Assembly: GCA_017654855.1 (NCBI GenBank)
Contig: JAFMPO010000001.1
Location: forward strand, 992,001 to 1,056,000
Origin: Podospora anserina
Lineage: Eukaryota
Reading direction: 5' to 3'
DNA length: 64,000 nucleotides
This document shows, piece after piece, positions 51,315 through 64,000 of this stretch (position 1 is its first letter; every line of letters starts with the position of its first letter). The notes beneath the pieces were generated by a model. It worked only from the letters and a program-made list of their open reading frames with translations. It did not search any database and was not told the DNA's origin. The translations under genes were made by a program, and so were the position numbers.

Positions 51315-52493
51315 ATGCCTCAAAATCAGAGCCTCACCATCAAGCCTATCGAAGGTGGAAAGCCGGGCAAGGTCTATTATCCGTGAGTTTTGGCGTTCCC
51401 ATGCAACTCGCTCACCAAGTATTAATAAGCTTGAAGCCTTCACCTCAACACATCACCTGTTCCCACGCCCGGACCGGGCCAGGTGCTCGTCAAAGTGCAG
51501 GCCAGCGCTCTCAACCACCGCGACCTCTTCATCCGCCAGCACCTCTACCCCGGCATCTCCTTTTCTGCCCCTTTGCTAGCCGATGGTTATGGAACTGTGG
51601 TTTCACCAAGCTCATCACCGTTGTACAACAAGCCCGTCTTGGTCACACCCTCGCGCGGCTGGATTTCATCCCCTGACGGCCCGGAACCCATTCCTGCGAC
51701 GGAAACCAACAGGGAGGAAAAGGAATGGAGTGTAATCGGCGGGTCGGCTCGTTATTCTGATCAAGGAACGGCTCAAAGCTTCATCGTGGTGCCCGAGGAG
51801 GAGGTATTTCCTGCTCCGGGCCACTTGACATCCGCGGAAGGGGCTGCGCTGCCTTTGGCTGGGCTGACGGCGTGGAGAGCGCTGATCACAAAGGGGGAGG
51901 CCGAAAGAGGTCAGAATGTGTTGGTCACGGGGATTGGCGGAGGTGTCGCGCTCGCGGCTTTGCAGTTTGCGGTGAAGAAGGGGTGCAATGTTTATGTTAC
52001 TTCGTCGTCGCAGGAAAAGATCAACAAGGCGTTGGAAATGGGCGCCAAGGGTGGGGTGTTGTATACTGAGGCGACTTGGGAAAAGACACTGCTGAAGCAG
52101 CTGCCCAAGACAAGGCCGTTTATCGATGTCATTGTCGACGGGTCGGGAGGAGATATTGTTGCCAAAGGAATCAAGATGCTAAAGCAGGGAGGCAAGATTG
52201 TGGTGTATGGGATGACAGTGGGACCGAAGATGGAGTGGAACATGAATGCCGTGTTAAAAAATATTGAGTTGAGAGGCACGAGCATGGGCAGCAGGGCTGA
52301 GTTTGGGGACATGGTCAAGTTTGTGGACGAGAACAAAATCAAGCCGGTTGTCAGCCGGGTTGTGAGCGGTGGGTTGGAGAACATCCAGGGCATCGATGGG
52401 CTGTTTGAGGATCTCAAGGGTGGCAAGCAGTTTGGCAAATTGGTCATCCTGGTAGACGGAGAGGAAGAAGGGGCGAGGTCACCCAAGTTGTAG
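51315..52493 (+). CDS. Medium-chain dehydrogenase/reductase, NAD(P)H quinone-oxidoreductase-like
   Basis: ATG 51315 (CACCATG); intron 51383-51436. Motifs VLVKVQASALNHRD, AALPLAGLTAWRAL, Rossmann VLVTGIGGGVA and FGKLVI. Ends in SPKL. Confidence 0.9.
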
Positions 52494-52621
52494 GGATGTG
52501 TGCAACTTTTCTGTATCAATCTCTAGCCTTTTTGCTGATGATTTATGCTGAGCTCAGCTCTTGAAACGCTCGCGACTTTTGTTTCCCTAATGTTCAGGCA
52601 ACCTTCCTTCAAATCGTCCCA

Positions 52622-53133
52622 CTACTTACTATCCCCATTATCAAGAGAATGAATCGCCGCGGCGACACCCACCCACTCCTCCAGACTCCTTACATACCCA
52701 TCCGCGGCTGCGTCAGCTAAGCTTTCATGACCCCAGACCACTACCTCGTCAAACTCAGCTTGCACCTCCAGTTTCCCGTGGCTATCTTTCTCGAGATCTA
52801 TCACATCTGCCTTTCCGTTCTGATCTGGTAATGATGAGATGGCAACAACACCTTTGTATCCTTCTGGCAATGCGACGGGCTTGCCTCTTAGCTTGCGGCC
52901 GCGGAAATAGGCTTCTTTGATGCCTGCAGAGAATGTTAGTCATGGATGAATAAGACCTGGAAAATGCTAGAGGGCATACCTGTTGATGATGTTGATGTTT
53001 GTGGGTCCCAGAAGGACTGTGTTGGTTCGACTGGCCCGGTATGATGGATTTTGCAAGGGAGAAGGTGGACCGTCGTTCTCTTTGGCGAAGAGGAGGCAGA
53101 GCCAATGTCAAGAATTGGTTGCGATGTTCCCAT
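52622..53133 (-). CDS. RNH203: Ribonuclease H2 non-catalytic subunit C
   Basis: VHLLPCKIHHTGP, intron 52924-52979, then AYFRGRKLRG, LPEGYKG, VWGHE, EW...AAAIH: the RNASEH2C motif order. Confidence 0.88.
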
Positions 53134-53206
53134 TTTGTAGATTCGATCAAAGAAGGATGAGATGGATATCCTTTCTGGTGTCTTTGAGTGGGATGAGTTG
53201 AAAGGA

Positions 53207-53253
53207 GCGCGTCAACAACGGAGAGTTTAATTGAAACGCGATTGGAGACGCGT
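53207..53253. promoter_or_regulatory. Cluster of MCB-like CGCG elements upstream of the RNase H2C gene
   Basis: GCGCGT 53207, ACGCGA 53236 and a perfect ACGCGT at 53248, 75-120 bp upstream of the ATG. Confidence 0.55.
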
Positions 53254-53996
53254 CGCATGTCCACCAAGGTTCTCAGGTGGGGCGCCCTGACCCTAACCCG
53301 GCCGCGCATTTGATGCCCCTGACACAGTTCCGCCATCAACGTGAAAGACAAACTGGTTCCAACACAGGAGATTAAATATTTTGATTGATCTCAGTTACAT
53401 ATGAGTAAACTCTGTCTTGCACTCACACAGGACACTGAATATTGGCGGGCTTGCGGCAGTGAAGAACGACAGGGGTGATGTGATGATGTGATATAGCCCT
53501 CAACAGATATGAGACGAGCAGTTCATACTGAGAAGTGGCCCTTCCAATTATTTTACAAGATGGGCTTGAAAAGCTATCCTTCCATTTGCCTCCTGTGACA
53601 GTATATCGACCCGCCACCTTAGCAAAACCCCTTCTCCGCCGACACGAACCCCATTTAATATGTTTGGTGGTGACACGTTCGATATATCGTGCATGTTTCT
53701 CCAAGAGCGGGCAAGGTCTCGCTTTGTGTCGGTATTCTTCAAGTGATCGCATTCCTCTGCTGTTCATGGCGGCCACATGCGGTTCGCGATGAGTGTCTTC
53801 GGAAGAATAATACCATAATATCAGTGGCCTTAACAGACTGGGTCATTTCCTGTCAATCGTCAAAGGCGGTCCAGATAAGTTAGGACACTCCTGTCAGGCT
53901 GGGGACAGCCTTACATTCTGTTTCCAGCATTGACACTTCCAACAGCCAGCGTCAACTGGTGATCTACAGATGATGTCTTTCATATTCCGTGGCCAT

Positions 53997-55016
53997 TCAC
54001 TTTCTCTTCGACTTTTTGCCCTTCCCTGCTTTGTTCGGCTTCTGTTTGGTCTTGACATCTTCCGGATATCGGTTCGCGTGCTCCATGTCGAAGGCCGGCT
54101 TGTGTTTTCGAAACAACAGCATGGCCACCCTTGCGTCTTCGATACTGCTGTGCTGGCCCGTTTGGATCTCCAACCCCAGAATTTCCTTCGCCAGTGCTTT
54201 CAAAGCAGGCTTGGGTCCGTTCCCGTACTTCTTGAACCCCGAAAACTTGGCTGTATCCCGTATCATCTTCATTGGATGATCAAGGTCAAGACACTTGAGA
54301 TCATGCTTGACATCGTGACCGACAACTATCCTGCCTTTTAAAAGCTCGGCTACTTCAGCCTGAACTTCAGAAAACGGCCGGGCATCCCTCATGTGTTTTG
54401 GCGCGATGCCAGACACGGCAGTTCGCCAATCCGTGACCTTTTCGCGCTGGAGAACGTAGGAGTCGTAGATTTGGGTGCCATGGAAATCAGTTATTGAGAC
54501 ACGGGCGAGGGAAGAGTCAACGCCACCGGGACCGAATCCGACCATTTCGCAGTCTATCGCCAGGTATTTCGTCCTATCCAATGAAGCTGTTGGGGAGAGG
54601 CCCTGGTTGGGGTGGCTGGGCAAAGAGGACAGGAGGGTGGGGGAAATAGTGAGGTTGTAAGCTTCCGACAGTGACTCCTGGGAGATGCCATGGTTTTGCC
54701 TCAGAAACTGAATAGATGGTTGGTTCGTGAGAGGGGCCGTCGAGGTGACTGGTTGAGAAGAGACAGCGCCCATTTTTTCCGTTGAACTGGTTGCCGAGGT
54801 CGTATTTGTTGGTTGTTTCTTCGGGAAGGAGGATGTTCTGGTCCTTTTATTTTTCGGCTTTGAGTCTTGATCATCAGATGCTGACTTCCTCTTCTTATTG
54901 TTGGCAGGGGCTGAGGGACTGGCTGAGGCTGATGAAGAGGATGCTGGTTTTGAAGCAGATCCAGCTTTGAGGCGTGCTTGCAGAATCTTCCAATTCGATG
55001 AGAGTTCTGGGGCCAT
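53997..55016 (-). CDS. REX4: RNA exonuclease 4 (DEDDh)
   Basis: N-terminal LSSNWK, YLAIDCEMVG, LARVS, VTDWRTAVSGI, VGHDVKHDL, IRDT, HSSIEDARVAM. Confidence 0.95.
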   Translation of the reverse strand: MAPELSSNWKILQARLKAGSASKPASSSSASASPSAPANNKKRKSASDDQDSKPKNKRTRTSSFPKKQPTNTTSATSSTEKMGAVSSQPVTSTAPLTNQPSIQFLRQNHGISQESLSEAYNLTISPTLLSSLPSHPNQGLSPTASLDRTKYLAIDCEMVGFGPGGVDSSLARVSITDFHGTQIYDSYVLQREKVTDWRTAVSGIAPKHMRDARPFSEVQAEVAELLKGRIVVGHDVKHDLKCLDLDHPMKMIRDTAKFSGFKKYGNGPKPALKALAKEILGLEIQTGQHSSIEDARVAMLLFRKHKPAFDMEHANRYPEDVKTKQKPNKAGKGKKSKRK

Positions 55017-55462
55017 GATGGCGGATTCGAGAGTTGGTAATGTTATTTCAGGAGCATCCAGTCGGGATTTATGAACCTCGACAGTATTGATGATGTTCTA
55101 GGTGTTGGAGTTAAGTGAGGATAAATACATTGAGATTTGCACCATGAACGAAAGTGGACCAGTGAGGTGAAGTTTCGAAGGGGTTAGGGTTGGCACCGCG
55201 CCTGCTTGAGATTTAAGCCAGGGACTTTTTGAGCAACAGCCGCAGCCATCAAGGTGCCTGACATGGATTGTTCTGGGCCACTGGCGTGGCGCCAGAAATT
55301 GTGGACCGTGCCCCAGAAGTCCATCTTTTGGAGGGGCAATTAATTCACTGCAACAGCTCTCAAATCCTAAGCTGAACTGCAATCGAGTACTTCGTAGCCG
55401 AGTCGCATCACGACGCCCATTAACTTCCCATCAATCTCCGACAGCGCGCATCGAAATTCATC

Positions 55463-57038
55463 ATGAGTCCTAGCGGAGAAGCAACCGCCGGCCGCGATGA
55501 GCCACGGAAAAAGGGTATCGCGACAGCAGACACTCTTGTGTAGGGATTGCTCCTTGTTCATATGTGTGTCGCATTCGTGGCTGGCTGTACTGACATCTTT
55601 CGACAGCGCTGGATGTGTCGCTTATGTTACAAAAGATGGCGAACCGCGTCGCGCAACCATTCTGGGCATCAGGGAGACAAAAAGTGGGCGCCAATGGTAT
55701 GCAAACTTCGACAGCTTTAACAAACGTCTCGACGAGTGGGTGCCGCAAGCAAGGATAAACTTCGACAAGGAGGTCGAGTGGCCGAACCCCGAAAAGGATA
55801 AACCAAAGGACCCAAAGAGCAAGAAGACAACTGCCGCAACATCCAAGAAGTCACAACCGTCGAAGAAGAACCAGAAACGAGTCAGTAAAAGGGAACAGTC
55901 GGTTGCATCCGAAGGCCAGACGCCACACCCCTGGACGGAATATGTCGAGAATGGGCAACACAAGGATAAGAATCAGGAGACGGAGGAGAAATCCATGGGG
56001 AGTTTGGAAGTGGGAGGAACACCTGGCGTTCTTGGACCAGACGAAATGGAAATCGACGAAGACGAGACACCAGCCGGCGCAGCCAAAAAGGACAGCCTCG
56101 GCCCTTTTAGTCGTCAGCAAGAGATTGAAAAACTCCGGACGTCAGGGTCCATGACTCAAAATCCAGCTGAAGTATCACGGATCCGAAATATCTCACAAGT
56201 CGAGTTTGGACGGTACGTGTTGTTTCCATGGTACTTTTCGCCATACCCCGAAGTGTTCAGCCAGGAGGAGTCCATTTTCATCTGCGAGTTCTGCCTGAGC
56301 TACTACGCGGACATGAAATCTTTCTCAAGACATCGGCAGAAGTGCACACTTCAACACCCCCCGGGAAACGAGATCTATCGGGACGACTTTGTGTCATTCT
56401 TTGAGATAGATGGCAGGAGGCAGCGAACGTGGTGTCGGAACCTGTGTTTGTTGTCAAAGATGTTTCTTGATCACAAGACACTTTACTATGATGTCGACCC
56501 ATTCTTGTTCTACGTCATGACGACGAGAGACGAGCGAGGGTGTCATCTTATTGGATATTTTTCCAAGGAAAAGGAAAGTACGGACGGTTACAACGTTGCG
56601 TGTATTTTGACGCTCCCACAGTATCAGCGGAAAGGCTATGGTCGTCTTCTGATCCAGTTCTCGTACGAACTTTCCAAGATTGAGGGCAAACTTGGATCAC
56701 CGGAAAAGCCGCTCTCAGATTTGGGTTTGCTGAGTTACCGCCAGTACTGGTCAGAAAACATCATCGACCTGCTGCTTGGCTTTAGCGAGAGAGATGAGAA
56801 GTGCACCATCGAAACCATTGCACAGCACCTTGCCATGACGGCGACCGACGTTGAGCATACCCTTCAGGCACTAAAGATGCAGGTCTACCATAAGGGTGAG
56901 CACAAGATCGTGCTGTCGGACAAGCTGGTGGAACAGCGGGCCAAGAGCAGAGCGAAACAAAAGAGACTGATTGATCCTGAACGGATCCAGTGGAAGCCAC
57001 CCGTGTTTACAGCATCATCAAGAACTTGGGGTTGGTAG
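55463..57038 (+). CDS. ESA1: MYST histone acetyltransferase Esa1 (NuA4)
   Basis: Chromo-like NKRLDEWV; MYST PWYFSPYP, HPPGNEIYR, CRNLCLLSKMFLDHKTLYYDVDPFLFY, QRKGYG, GSPEKPLSDLG; end SSRTWGW. Predicted ATG 55463 with intron 55540-55606. Confidence 0.96.
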
Positions 57039-57369
57039 GATGATCCCAAACTTAGACTTATGTGGTTAGGGGTAGGCTCAATGGGAAACGAGGGCTTGCC
57101 AGTTCAACTTATTCTTGAGAGCGTACCAGCTGCAACTTTGGAAATACTTTTGGCACCCTCTCGACAGGAAAAACAGTCAGTCTACGCGACTCGACTTTCT
57201 GAACGCGAGGAAATGGACTGGTCAGAGTAGTAGAGAGGACACGCTGTGTAAAATAGGTAATGTAGATGATTATACGACAACCAATGATGACGGTATACGC
57301 ATGTATTGAGTACCGTGTGCAGATTATATGCATATCTTCATAACGGGGCAATTAAACAGGCCCCCACAC

Positions 57370-57420
57370 TCGCGCTACCCCTTTTTTACTAAATCGCGTG
57401 TCTCGCGTTTTCTCGCGTTT
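57370..57420. promoter_or_regulatory. Cluster of MCB/SCB-like TCGCG(T) elements upstream of MCM6
   Basis: CGCG at 57371 and TCGCGT at 57394, 57403 and 57413, including a direct repeat of TCTCGCGTTT; about 220-260 bp upstream of the ATG. Confidence 0.6.
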
Positions 57421-57634
57421 CTATTGACTCGGTGGATCTTCCGTCTCTATCCCTGACAACGCAACTTCTTTGCGACAATCTTTCATCCCAGTCAATTTTC
57501 CCCGCCTGGTTTTGGTCGCATTTACAACCAAACAACCCAACGAGCCACTACTTCAGCTGTGTCTCTTACACCGGCTGTAAAGAGACGATAGACGATTCCA
57601 CTTGTACGAGAAACGAATTCAATAATAACGAAAA

Positions 57635-60619
<2,985 letters not shown>

Positions 60620-60933
60620 GCTGGTCTACCGCATGGCGAGACACCTAGAAATCTGGAGAACGGATAAGCGCGTAAGCATGGCAGGGAAGGAAAAGCGAAT
60701 TGGCTGGGAGCATGGAGTTGTATATCGCCTGGTTTTCAATGATACCTACTTTTGAGACTGTGATTCAACCGTTCCACACAGGTGTAGATGCTAACTGACC
60801 AGCGTTTGTCCCAGCTAGTTTGAGCGGGGGCGTCAAAGCATCAGATCATTGTTGCTTTTTCCCGCAACTTTTTGCGTGTACTATTTACAACCATACCTAT
60901 CACCAGTAAAAACAATCTTGCCAAAACTTTTCA

Positions 60934-63378
60934 TCAAGTCAGAGCCGGCGCCTTCGGGTCCTCCAAGCACTGATCCACCCTCATCAGCCTCTTCCCGCTC
61001 GCTTTGGCCAGTTTGATAAACTCGGGCAACAAGTCCACCGTGCTTTGGTGCAGGTAATGCATCACCATCAAGTTCCCGCCCTTGGCCAGATCGCGCTTGA
61101 ACGCATCGAGCTGCTTGTTGGGAGTGGATGATTCAGCCCAAAGCCAGTCCTCCACGTCGATGCTCCACCCAACAATATACGGCTCTGGATCGTTCAGGTT
61201 TGCCGCCAGGCGCTGTCTCATTCTCGCACCTTCTGTTCCGAACGGAGGGCGAAAGTAGGACGACCGTAGGTTTGGAAACACCTGGCGGACGGCACCAATG
61301 TCGTTTTGGATCTCCCAGTCGATGGCTTGCTCGGTGGCGAGGCCTTCCATCTTGGGGTGCGTGTAACTGTGCAGGGCGATCTGGTGGCCGCGAGAGGCCA
61401 TGTCTTTGTACGCTGCTGCCAGGCCGTTGCTCTGGTCTAGGAGGGGCAGGCCAACGGTGAAGAAGGTGAGGGGGATGTTGGCTTCTTTGAGGATCTTCAT
61501 GACCTGGGGGATGTACTCTGGGTTTCCGTCGTCAATGGCAAAGGCGAAGGAGTTGGGGCGGGTGCAGGCGAACACTAGCCTGCCCGAGGCTAGCTTGGGC
61601 GGGATCTTGAAGTTGGACGGGATGGAGGTGACGATTTCGATCTTGGTGATTGTTGTCGGCTCTGAAGTGTAGAAGCCGCGGAGGTTGAAACCAATGACGC
61701 GCTGGAGGTTGATGCTGAAGTGGGTGATGGGGACGTAGATGTCGGAGGTGGTTGCGTAGCGAGAGGCTTCCACGGAATCCCAGGTCTCGGGGTAGGGAGC
61801 CATCGTCTCGTTGCACTTGGAGTTGTGTTGTTGGAGGGCGATACTAAACTTGTTGCTACCCGAGTACGCGATATGGAGATAGCCTCCTGTCAGGTTGCGG
61901 AGGTCGGCGCACTTGTTGGCCAACTGAGTGTTCCAGCTTTGATCAGAGTCGTTGGTACGGATTGTAATGGCGTTGTTGCCAAATGTGACCGCCATGCCCT
62001 CATCCGGACCGTGCCATTCGCCCAGCGAGTTGGTATTTTCGTTGGAGAATGTGTCAATAACATAACCCTTGGCACTTGGGGTTGCCACCTGGGTTGTTGT
62101 GCGCGTGAGGGCAGAGGGAGCTGGTGACGATGCTGGCGCGACGTACTCGGTAGCTGTCGATCCGCAGTAGAAGGATATGGGGCCGAGGATGACGCCCGCA
62201 TTGAGGCCGGAAAAATAAATCATATCCAGCTTTGTCGTATCGACGCCACTGAACGCTGAAAAGGGGAAGGAGTACAGCTTCTCGGTGCCATCGAATGTCC
62301 ACTTTAACTGCGCTGTTGTCAAACTAACCGTCTTGACGTTGTTTGAGCCGCAACTATCGGACCATCCCAGAGCCACTGAAAAGCTTGTGCCTCGTGCCGC
62401 CCTGACCCTGAACGAGATGCCTCCGTATCTGTTGTTGGCATTCAAACAACCAAACTGACTGTAAAAGTACGAGTTGGCATCTTTGGGGTAAAGGAGGACC
62501 CTGTTGTTGCTGACAACGACACTTGACATTGTTCCATCATCGCTCGTTGCTTGCCCCATAGCGTTGTAGCCCAAGAATGTAAGACGGGACTGAGAAGCCC
62601 AGTCATCAATCAATAAGTTGGAGCACGTTGCGGGCTGGCTGGTGGTGACTGGCGGTGCTATTGTGGATCGAGTTGCGGTAGGGACGATGGTTGATCTTGT
62701 CGGTACACCTGAAAACAATTAGATGCCTAAACAATTCACTCCAACGAGTGGGATCATACTTGTTGAACCAGGGGACGTTGGCTGAGCCACATTCCCGCAT
62801 ATCCATGTGATATTGCCAATCGACCATTGAACATTTGACTGTGAAAATACAGCCCAAACCCAACCGACAACAGCATCGTAGTTGGGTTCGTTGTCAAAGC
62901 CGACCAAGGGAACATTAATTGTCTGGCGGCTTCCGGTCAGGTTCTCGATGATGGTGTAGTGACTCTTGTATGTCCCGTCGTTGGCGCTACAAGACGAAGT
63001 TGTCTGAAGCTCTAGAGCAAACGAAGCACCGGCAGGGCCCTCGACAGTGAATTGCAATCCTCCATATCCGTTTGTAACGGCAGGTTGGCATTCGAATGAT
63101 TCATAAAAATACGAGGTGGTATCCTTGGGGGTGAAGACAACTTGACCTGTCCCAGCCGCAATGAATTCCATTGAACCGTCATCTGTTCTCAGTTAGACAC
63201 CAGAAGACAGCAATACGAAAACTAACCCACCGCCGTTTGGGGATTCAAGGTTATTGACACCGCTGGTCCATTTGGTGAAGTTGTCGATAAGAAGATTAGA
63301 TGTGCAGGCTTGTGCGTTTACTCCAGAGGCAGCCAGCATGCCAGCCAGCCCGGCGGCGAACCAACGCTCGAAGAACAT
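60934..63378 (-). CDS. Secreted carbohydrate esterase family 4 (NodB polysaccharide deacetylase) with three N-terminal accessory modules
   Basis: Signal peptide MFFERWFAAGLAGMLAASGVNA; introns 63183-63230 and 62709-62759. CE4 motifs FAIDDG, HSYTH, FRPPFG, DVEDW and VMHY at the C-terminus. Confidence 0.9.
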
Positions 63379-64000
63379 GTCGGGTGTGTCAGACAGTTCT
63401 GTAAATATGAAGGAGCAGGGTGTTTATCATGGGCCAAACTTCGAGGAACATTGCTTGTATATGTATTCTCCGCTTCGCCTCTGAGATGCAACAACTACGG
63501 CTAGGGATTTCGGTTGGCGACATGCCCGATCGATCCATGGAGAAAGAGGAGTTTGGAAGCTGCCCCTAAAAACGAATGTAACAAAGTCGATGGTTCAAGG
63601 ACCACAGTGAAACGTCGAGTGGGTTCAGCTTATAGGGCTTACGCCATGAACACCCATTTCCTGGCAAGAAAAATAGAGTGAGGCGGCATGGATGAAGGGG
63701 TAAATTCGCAGCTGGCGAGCCAACCTTGCAGCCACCCTCGCTTACCTCCGCGGATTGCAACTTCGGATTTCTTGGTGAGCTTGTGCGTTCTTGTGAAAGC
63801 TTGTCCCAACATTGCCGCTCAGGGCCATGAACCATGATGTGGAGCGAATATCGAGCTGACCTAGCAGCATCAAGAGATGGCGTATTCGAGCATACATAGC
63901 CTGGCCATCTCGTGTACACACAGCAAAATCGCCAGTGTGTAGCAACAAGAGTCATCGTTCCGCTTTCCGGCTTTTTCGGGCGTCCTCAAAGGAACAACAC

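Noticed and set aside
53480..53531. GTGATGA...CTGA, possible box C/D snoRNA
   Set aside because: Only ~52 nt, with no terminal stem and no rRNA-complementary guide that I can recognise.

Overview
Gene-dense, intron-containing genomic DNA from a filamentous ascomycete. Short GT-AG introns with CTAAC/CTGAC branch sites and the protein styles suggest a Sordariomycete, possibly Podospora/Neurospora-like; this is an inference. I can support 20 protein-coding genes, mostly conserved housekeeping and signalling genes: an unknown membrane protein, cullin-1, Srf1-like, a mitochondrial KHE-related protein, Avl9, Hog1/OS-2 MAPK, glycogen phosphorylase, class III G-alpha, Arp9, a SYLF-domain protein, an F-box protein, an RBR E3 ligase, the ASD4/AreB GATA factor, Krr1, an MDR oxidoreductase, RNase H2C, Rex4, Esa1, Mcm6 and a secreted multi-domain CE4 deacetylase. 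I found no transposon, RIP relic, tRNA, rRNA or CRISPR. The most interesting signals are four. (1) A hand-reconstructed two-start GATA locus, where the short isoform's N-terminal codons double as the branch point and 3' splice site of the long isoform and a second frame stays open across the zinc finger. (2) An RBR ligase whose IBR zinc-binding domain is split by a ~33-residue hydrophobic hairpin. (3) Long ATG-free 5' leaders, UTR introns and uORFs on the HOG1/GPH1/G-alpha run. (4) Three tandem unnamed modules on the CE4 enzyme. Exon boundaries were derived by eye, and gene names come from motif recognition, not database searches.
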